From the NCBI GenBank assembly GCA_000091205.1, contig AP006487.2: DNA of 64,000 nt; one strand, written 5' to 3'. This DNA comes from Cyanidioschyzon merolae (taxonomy: Eukaryota). How positions within the stretch are numbered: the first letter of the stretch is position 1; every line of letters begins with the position of its first letter. The notes beneath the pieces are model-generated. The model was not told where the DNA came from. It worked only from the letters and a program-made list of their open reading frames with translations, and did no database searches. Below, one piece after another: positions 57,201 to 64,000 of this stretch. The position numbers and the translations under genes are program-made.

Positions 57201-58470
57201 TCTCGTTCACGTCAATGCTCGGCGAATACAATTGCATGCAAAGGCGGCAACAACCATTTTCGGTGGCCTTGCGTGCGCCTCTTCCTGCGGATCCGCACCA
57301 GTACAGCCTTCACGTCGAGGCGAACAAGAGCACACGTATGGAGTATCGCAAAACCCTGAGACGAACGCACGTCTCTTCCCATGATGAAACCTTCACATTG
57401 CCGTGCGCCCCAGCTACGGATGTATACAGTATATGCAAGCATCATGAACACAGCCCGACACGCAAATGCTTGTCGTTTCGCACGTCCACCTTGCAGGGGC
57501 CGCAGAGCCGCGCGCAAACTCAACACCATGCCACGTACACCAAACGTGCTACGCTCTCGTGGCATCTGCTGTCTTCACATAGAACTGTATGACCAAAGCG
57601 GCTGCTGTTATCCTTCCTGTATGGACCTCGCCGTGAAATTCTCAGCACGCAAGCGCTTTGTCGGACTTGAGTGCTTCTCACGAGGCGTGAGGCTGCCAGA
57701 CTCCACGGCGACGCTCTCCGGAGGCGCACAGGCTCCTGCGTGCGTGCGTAGAAGCGGGACGATGCTTCCAGGTATGCACCTTCCACGGACCACGTCTGTC
57801 ATCTATAGTGCATATTCCAACACCCATACCGTATACTTTGGGGTAAAAGCGGTCGCGGAAAAAGTCCAGAGTCTCCAGAAGCGCCGCCCTGCGCGGAGGC
57901 GTCTCACTCGGCTGCGGAAAAACGCGCTGCAACCATGTCAGGTATGCTTGTCTTTCCACTCGATACAAGAGAAACTCACGTGCTTAGGGTAGAACAAAGT
58001 CTCACTGGAAGCATTTAAAGCCTTCAAAGAACGTTGAAGCACCAGTACGAACGTGCGTCTGGGGAAACACAAGTCTATTGTATCGCCTAAGGCGTCAGTC
58101 GCGCTACTGAAATGCGACAGCATTGCCGTTCAGCAGTAGCGGCTCGAGCAGTGACTAGCTCTCCTGTCTGCGACTGCGAAGCGCAGCCAAAGCCTCTTTC
58201 ACCTGGCGCTACCTGCGCGAATAGCTCAAGTTCCACTGCATCCAGTCTAGAACTCAGGTGTGCCTGGGAAAACTGGTTCAGAACGAGCACGGGCTTGGTA
58301 GCACGCTCACAACGGAAGCAAACGAAGCGTGCCGTGTTTCGTGTTGACGAACGGCTGGCGTCGAATTGACGCTACGGACCGGGGTGTGGCTTTATTTGCT
58401 TCCCACACTTCACTGTGCCCTATTTGATAAAGACGTGCTGTGATCGTCTTTGGAGGCGTGCGTTCTTTCG

Positions 58471-60801
58471 ATGAGCTTTTATCCACGTGCAGGAGCTGGC
58501 GGCCCTCGAGCGCTGGGATCGCGCCCCGGCGACCTGAGTGGAGGCCTTGCGGGGAACCGTCCTGCATCGCTGCAGCCAGCTCGCTCGACTTCGGGTCAGA
58601 CAAACTCGAACGAGGCTGTGAGGCTTCTCCAGCTGAGTCCCACTGAACGAGAGGCATACCTTGTCTGGTACCGGGAGGTGCGCGACCCCGCAACCGGTTA
58701 TGTGCCTGGTGACGCAGCAGCTTCGCTTCTGCGCCGCTCTAACCTATACAAAGATCTGCTACGACAAATTTGGGTTTTGGCGGATACCCGTCGACGTGGG
58801 TATCTGGATCAGGACGAGTTTTTTGTTGCCTTGCGACTTGTTGCCATATGCCAACGCGGTGGCGAGCCTTCCCTGGATAGCTTGCGGCGCTTTCGCGGGA
58901 TGCAGCTCATCCCACAAATCGATCCGGCTTCTGCTTCGCGCCCCAGTGCTCAAACAACGCCTGGGGCTGCATCCGCTGCGCAACCGCGCGCTTCTTCTAG
59001 CACCAGCGCTAACCCGGGTGAAACGCTCTCCTGGACGCCAACCTATGAGCAAATCGCAGAATACGATGCGCTCATGCGACAGTATTGTGGAGGCGGTACC
59101 CAGCCGGGTCGGCATCAGTCAGCAGCAAGGCTGGTACGCCTTGCGGACTTGCGCATGACCGGCTCTATCGCGCGGGAGGTCTTTCCGAAACTCTGTCAGC
59201 ATCGCTTAAGCAGTGCCATTCTTCGAGATATCTGGGAGCTCGCCGACCAGGATCGAGATGGGCAGCTGGATTTGCAGGAGTTTCGCTGCGCTGCGCACCT
59301 TTTGACTGTTCTGGGTCGTCAGCCTGCGGACAAGGCGGTTGTGCCGCGCCCACTTCCCCCTGCGCTACGGAAGCAAAGTCTCCGTCTGCGTTTTGGAGAT
59401 GGAGCGAATACAGCGGGCGAGTTTACGGAGGCAGCGCCCTCGGTGCCCAGTGACGCGCTATCGGTTATCTCGTCGCCGAATGCGGAAGTGCCGGCTTCGC
59501 GGAATACGGACCTGGCAGGTGCGTTTTCAGCAGCCAGCAAGTCCGTAGAGGATGCACAGCGTCGCCTGAAAGAACTTCGGGATCATCTGGATCTGCTGGA
59601 AGTGCGAGGTCGTGCACTGGCGGAAAAGAAGCGCGTCACGCTGGCAAACAGCAGTACCAGCACGCTCGAGCGCATCTATGCGGAAGAGCAGGCCTTCGTA
59701 CGAGACGCCCGCGGCGTCGTTGAGGCATGTTTGTTGGATCTGGGCGGAACTCCCGGCCAGTCGCAGAGCGAATCAGTTGCAACGGCGTCAAGACCGGGAC
59801 CCGAATTAGAATCAGAACGCACGATGACCGCCTGGGGTCCGTCATTTTCGTTGAACCTGCAACAGCTGCTTATTAAAGCGAAGAACGAGACAGCCCGGGA
59901 ACGAGCGAAGGTGAAGGTTCTCGAAGAGGAACTCCAGATCGCCCGACGTCAGATTCAAGATATGGTTGCGACCGGGGCTACCGCCCCGGACAAGTTCGGC
60001 ACGGGTCGCACTGAGGGCCATCGTCGAACCCGAAACGTGCACGGGGCGAAGCTCGAGCCCCATGAACCCGGCAAAAGCGCTACACAACGACGAGCGCCAG
60101 GTGGACAGAAGAACGTGAGTGGCTCTCTGCTGGACGACTGGTCCCAAGACGACGCTGATGTGAACGCTGATGACGACGAAGCCCGCAACCAGAGAGCTCG
60201 AAGCAAACGGATCGAGCGCGCAGCGTACCGATTTTCCGCTGAGGAGCAGGTCCCCGAGGACAAGCCAATTGTACGAGATGATCTGGTGGATGTGCCACCC
60301 GAATGGAGTGCCGCTGCGGAGCATGCGCTTTCCGCGAACGAGTCCCGGCAACAGAGCAAGCTGGCCTCCACAGGTACTGCTCGTGGAGCAGCGGATTCCC
60401 GGGCGAGAGGCGACTCGCCGTACCGGCCTCCGCGGTATCAAGGCATGACGCGAGATGCAGCTACCGCTTTTGGCGCTTATATTCAGGACGTTGACGGGGC
60501 CAGAAGCAGACGTTTCGCGGACGACGAACCACGAGATGAGCGTCCTTCGGAGCGGCGGAGAGCGTCTCGCCAAGCGGCACAGTGGCGCCAGACTAGCGTC
60601 GCCGAACCCAGCGAGGATGAGAACTGGCGCAGCGGCAGCGATTACATAGAGGTATCCGAGAGTGTCCACGAGACGACACAGGGTGGCTCACAGCGAGCCG
60701 CCCAGAACCGCTCGGGAGCGATGACCGTCGGCAGCACCGCCGAGGATGACGACGACGAGTGGTCGCGGTCAGCGTCGACTGCTATTTTCAGCTACTGGTA
60801 G
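58471..60801 (+). CDS. EH-domain protein (two Eps15-homology domains plus coiled-coil and an acidic tail; Eps15/Ede1/End3-like endocytic adaptor)
   Basis: EH-like units: REAYLVWYREVRDPATGYVPGDAAASLLRRSNLYKDLLRQIWVLADTRRRGYLDQDEFFVALRLVAI and EYDALMRQY...ARLVRLADLRMTGSIAREVFPKLCQHRLSSAILRDIWELADQDRDGQLDLQEFRCAAHLL. Coiled-coil heptads: KVKVLEEELQIARRQIQDM. The track start at 58450 is a TTG; the first ATG is at 58471. Confidence 0.6.
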   Translation: MSFYPRAGAGGPRALGSRPGDLSGGLAGNRPASLQPARSTSGQTNSNEAVRLLQLSPTEREAYLVWYREVRDPATGYVPGDAAASLLRRSNLYKDLLRQIWVLADTRRRGYLDQDEFFVALRLVAICQRGGEPSLDSLRRFRGMQLIPQIDPASASRPSAQTTPGAASAAQPRASSSTSANPGETLSWTPTYEQIAEYDALMRQYCGGGTQPGRHQSAARLVRLADLRMTGSIAREVFPKLCQHRLSSAILRDIWELADQDRDGQLDLQEFRCAAHLLTVLGRQPADKAVVPRPLPPALRKQSLRLRFGDGANTAGEFTEAAPSVPSDALSVISSPNAEVPASRNTDLAGAFSAASKSVEDAQRRLKELRDHLDLLEVRGRALAEKKRVTLANSSTSTLERIYAEEQAFVRDARGVVEACLLDLGGTPGQSQSESVATASRPGPELESERTMTAWGPSFSLNLQQLLIKAKNETARERAKVKVLEEELQIARRQIQDMVATGATAPDKFGTGRTEGHRRTRNVHGAKLEPHEPGKSATQRRAPGGQKNVSGSLLDDWSQDDADVNADDDEARNQRARSKRIERAAYRFSAEEQVPEDKPIVRDDLVDVPPEWSAAAEHALSANESRQQSKLASTGTARGAADSRARGDSPYRPPRYQGMTRDAATAFGAYIQDVDGARSRRFADDEPRDERPSERRRASRQAAQWRQTSVAEPSEDENWRSGSDYIEVSESVHETTQGGSQRAAQNRSGAMTVGSTAEDDDDEWSRSASTAIFSYW

Positions 60802-61849
60802 AGCAGGCGTGGTGCCTGCTTACTTTTCTAGCGCAGATACGATGCTTCTGGACTTGGTACGTGAGCAAAACGGGAGGAATTTTGGCCGAACAAAGTCAGC
60901 AAGTGTATAAACGCGGTTCAAGCGAGCACGTCACCTGATTCCAGGTTCAACATGTCGCTTGTCTCGAGAATAGAAGCCACGGATTCGAGTGTTGGGAAAC
61001 GCCTCTGGGTACCTGGAAGTACGCGCCGTGTCGGCTATGTTGCCGACGCCAGCGACAAAAACGAAAACAGGTCACCGATGGGGATGTATGCGCTCTCCAA
61101 CAACAGCCGTATAGACACAAAAAGGCTGCGGTCCGTCTCTTGCCTACGTTATTCTAATGTCGATGAAATATCCCCGCTCGATGCATTGCCAGAGGCATTG
61201 GACGATTTTTTGGTCCAGCGTCGAGTGTGAATAGCGTGGGCAGCGCCAGACGCATCGTCCAGGCCGAACAGCGACGAAGGAATCGGTGCAGGTCAGCCCG
61301 GAGGCGTTTTCTTTGTCATCACATTGCGAGACGCTTCATGGCTCATTTGAGGGACTTGAAAGCGCACGAAATTGGCTTGGATATAACGTCAGCGTATCAG
61401 GTTACACATGTGGATACAGGACCTGAGCCGTCGACACCAAAAGAGCATTGTTGAAGCGTGCACTTTCAGGGCGTACACAAGCAACCATGCTGACGGGTCT
61501 GGAGCGATGTATCGAAGCAGATACACTCGGATACGCGACTAGTGCAGATTTATGGGAAGCGAAGTCATTTCTCGTGGAGCGCTATTGTCTGCGACTGGAC
61601 TCTGGTCAGTTTTTACTTTGGAATAAACGCATGATCGATCTGGACACCGTCCGTATGCTGAGCGTATCCGGGGCAGTTGCAGCGTCGCTAGCGACGCTTC
61701 AGCGGTCGCTTGCACATGGACAGGATGACTCGCAGATGTATATGCAGGTGTCCACCGGAGAAACGTACGCATTCAGGTCTCTGTTCCATACGTCAGAAGC
61801 GAGAGTCCCTGGAGCGAGGTCTTGTGACTGGCTATCGACGACAACGGCT

Positions 61850-63190
61850 CATTCACGAAAACGACATTGATTCCAGTCAACGCAACGCTCTGCAGTAGTG
61901 CACCTCTGGATGTGCGACTGCTCGCGTGCGTCCCTCTTCCGTTACACTTCATGTGCATCGATTCAGTCACGAAAACGACATTGATTCCAGTCAACGCAAC
62001 GCTCTGCAGTAGTGCACCTCTGGATGTGCGACTGCTCGCGTGCGTCCCTCTTCCGTTACACTTCTGGTGCATCGATTCAGTCACGAAAACGACATTGATT
62101 CCAGTCAACGCAACGCTATGCAGTAGTGCACCTCTGGATGTACGACTGCTCGCGTGCGTCCCTCTTCCGTTACACTTCATGTGCATCGATTCAGTCACGA
62201 AAACGACATTGATTCCAGTCAACGCAACGCTATGCAGTAGTGCACCTCTGGATGTACGAGTGCTCGCGTGCGTCCCTCTTCCGTTACACTTCAGGTGCAT
62301 CGATTCAGTCACGAAAACGACATTGATTCCAGTCAACGCAACGCTATGCAGTAGTGCACCTCTGGATGTACTGCTGCTCGCGTGCGTCCCTCTTCCGTTA
62401 CACTTCATGTGCATCGATTCAGTCACGAAAACGACATTGATTCCAGTCAACGCAACGCTATGCAGTAGTGCACCTCTGGATGTACGAGTGCTCGCGTGCG
62501 TCCCTCTTCCGTTACACTTCAGGTGCATCGATTCAGTCGCGACAACGACATTGATTCCAGGCAACGCAACGCTATGCAGTAGTGCACCTCTGGATGTACG
62601 AGTGCTCGCGTGCGTCCCTCTTCCGTTACACTTCAGGTGCATCGATTCAGTCGCGACAACGACATTGATTCCAGTCAACGCAACGCTATGCAGTAGTGCA
62701 CCTCTGGATGTACTGCTGCTCGCGTGCGTCCCTCTTCCGTTACACTTCATGTGCATCGATTCAGTCACGAAAACGACATTGATTCCAGTCAACGCAACGC
62801 TATGCAGTAGTGCACCTCTGGATGTGCGACTGCTCGCGTGCGTCCCTCTTCCGTTACACTTCTGGTGCATCGATTCAGTCACGAAAACGACATTGATTCC
62901 AGTCAACGCAACGCTATGCAGTAGTGCACCTCTGGATTTACGAGTGCTCGCGTGCGTCCCTCTTCCGTTACACTTCATGTGCATCGATTCAGTCGCGACA
63001 ACGACATTGATTCCAGTCAACGCAACGCTATGCAGTAGTGCACCTCTGGATGTACGAGTGCTCGCGTGCGTCCCTCTTCCGTTACACTTCAGGTGCATCG
63101 ATTCAGTCGCGACAACGACATTGATTCCAGGCAACGCAACGCTATGCAGTAGTGCACCTCTGGATGTGCGACTGCACGCGTGCGTCTGCG
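61850..63190. repeat. Large tandem array, 114-bp unit x ~11.8 copies (1.34 kb), with point variants at four sites
   Basis: The unit gattccagtcaacgcaacgct(c/a)tgcagtagtgcacctctggatgt(gcgact/acgagt/actgct)gctcgcgtgcgtccctcttccgttacacttc(atg/tgg/agg)tgcatcgattcagtc(acgaa/gcgac)aacgacatt has a period of exactly 114 bp (for example 61869 to 61983). It generates the two repeat-derived ORFs 61773..63212 (-) and 61867..63261 (+). Confidence 0.9.
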
Positions 63191-63270
63191 CGCTCATAAC
63201 ACGCTTCAGCACTTGCAGTAACGTTCGAGTTACGTTTTCTTCTAGTCGCGTGAGACACTAGACTACCGGA

Positions 63271-64000
63271 ATGGAGAAGGTTTGCGACCTGCCTCAGAGT
63301 CCTATATGGAACTGGACTGCGAAGCTCTCACCGACCTCGAGTGGGACGTATACCTCTGTTCCGTTCCCGTCGCATGTTCGGAACGCGTTCAAGCGCTCGG
63401 GAGCCACGTTGACGGAGCGACACGACGCTACAGGCGAGCTGGTTCGTTTACTCGACGACCTCTCCACAGAGTTCCGGTGGATAGCAGCACGCACTCGGGA
63501 AATGTTTGTGAAATCGCTAGAGTCGACACCTTTTACGCCTCGGTTAGTCACACAGCAGTTGTACTTTGCACTGTGTCACGATGGATATGCGTGTCTGTTG
63601 GTTAGTAAAGACCAGAAGGAGCCGATGTCGATACCCCCGGATATGCCGTCCGGGAGTTATGTGATTGTGTTAGTGAGTCTGGATCTTGATGAGGAGCTTG
63701 CGCCCTCAGAAGGCCTCGTGGGCTCCCTCTTCTCCGTCTACAAGCGAAAGACCGCACCTGGCCGAGCCGGTCGGCGCGAGGACTTGCAAGTTTGCTTCGC
63801 TGACCAGGTAGCGGCGGGCTATGCACTTTACGGTAGTTCCACACAGCTCTGCTATTGCATGCGAGGCAATCCCGGAGTGTATCGCTTTGTTTTGCATCCA
63901 GTGGCCAAGCAGTTCTTCATGTGTCGAGGCGGCCCGATCGAGTTCGGTTCCGAGTACGATCGCGGTCGACAGCGCTTGCAGACTGTACTCGCTGTACCGA
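63271..64000 (+). CDS. Fructose-1,6-bisphosphatase/sedoheptulose-bisphosphatase-family (FBPase-fold) protein, 5' part only; the CDS continues past the window end. The metal-binding motifs are substituted
   Basis: The frame (codons starting at 63271 ATG) is open to the window end and is not in the ORF track because no stop lies inside the window. The translation ...ATGELVRLLDDLSTEFRWIAARTRE...YACLLVSKDQKEPMSIPPDMPSGSYVIVLVSLDLDEELAPSEGLVGSLFSVYKRK...DLQVCFADQVAAGYALYGSSTQLCYCMRGNPGVYRFVLHP matches FBPase blocks (GTGEMTQLLNSL..AV, CVLVSEEDKNAIIVEP, YVVCFDPLDGSSN, GTIFGIYRK, GRNLVAAGYALYGSATMLV, VNCFMLDP). SEEDK is replaced by SKDQK and FDPLDGSS by VSLDLDEE. Confidence 0.6.
   Translation, partial: MEKVCDLPQSPIWNWTAKLSPTSSGTYTSVPFPSHVRNAFKRSGATLTERHDATGELVRLLDDLSTEFRWIAARTREMFVKSLESTPFTPRLVTQQLYFALCHDGYACLLVSKDQKEPMSIPPDMPSGSYVIVLVSLDLDEELAPSEGLVGSLFSVYKRKTAPGRAGRREDLQVCFADQVAAGYALYGSSTQLCYCMRGNPGVYRFVLHPVAKQFFMCRGGPIEFGSEYDRGRQRLQTVLAVP

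Noticed and set aside
61773-63261. Two long repeat-derived ORFs (479 aa minus strand, 464 aa plus strand) as protein-coding genes
   Set aside because: Both strands are open only because the 114-bp unit is a multiple of 3 and lacks stops. All inter-copy substitutions are non-synonymous in both frames. I call it a tandem repeat rather than a CDS and keep it as a finding.
1-64000. Prokaryotic operon or phage interpretation of the window
   Set aside because: The gene content (CDK, EF1B, B56, EH-domain, PRONE) and long poly-Q/poly-A tracts indicate eukaryotic nuclear DNA. So do the alternating single-gene strand orientation with 0.4-3 kb spacers, the presequence-bearing organelle proteins and the microsatellites.

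Overview
The window looks like GC-rich eukaryotic nuclear DNA (roughly 55-60% GC by eye). It is not prokaryotic: genes alternate strands as single long uninterrupted ORFs, and many carry long low-complexity extensions (poly-Gln from CAG/CTG runs, poly-Ala, poly-Ser, poly-Pro). Tandem minisatellites sit in the intergenic spacers. Introns look rare or absent, and mean spacing is about one gene per 3-3.5 kb.

Proteins I can recognise from the translations, in order along the window:
- a PRONE-domain RopGEF-like protein
- two divergent PP2A B56 regulatory-subunit paralogs arranged head to head
- a 4-TM membrane protein
- an LPLAT/AGPAT-type acyltransferase
- an organelle-type peptide deformylase
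- a Myb/SANT protein
- a bacterial-architecture GT2 polyprenyl-phosphate glycosyltransferase
- a DUF1826-like protein
- an MT-A70 (DPPW) N6-adenine methyltransferase
- an ABCD half-transporter
- ATP11
- a CDK
- EF-1beta
- a kynurenine/glutamine-transaminase-K-type aminotransferase
- an isochorismatase-like membrane protein
- an EH-domain protein
- at the 3' edge, a partial FBPase-like gene whose metal-binding motifs are substituted

PRONE, the plastid-type peptide deformylase and several bacterial-type enzymes with N-terminal extensions point to an alga or other Archaeplastida-like lineage. I cannot name the organism.

The ORF track accepts GTG/TTG starts. Where noted I moved the start to the first in-frame ATG. 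I worked these out by codon offset and checked the ATG in the printed sequence; treat them as +/- a few bp. In the 25.4-26.4 kb stretch my position counts in the printed sequence were 1 bp off the ORF-track coordinates, so there I use the track coordinates.

There are four distinct tandem arrays: 110 bp x4, a (TACTG)n pentanucleotide block, 100 bp x3 and 114 bp x~12. I found no rRNA, tRNA, CRISPR array or recognisable transposon.
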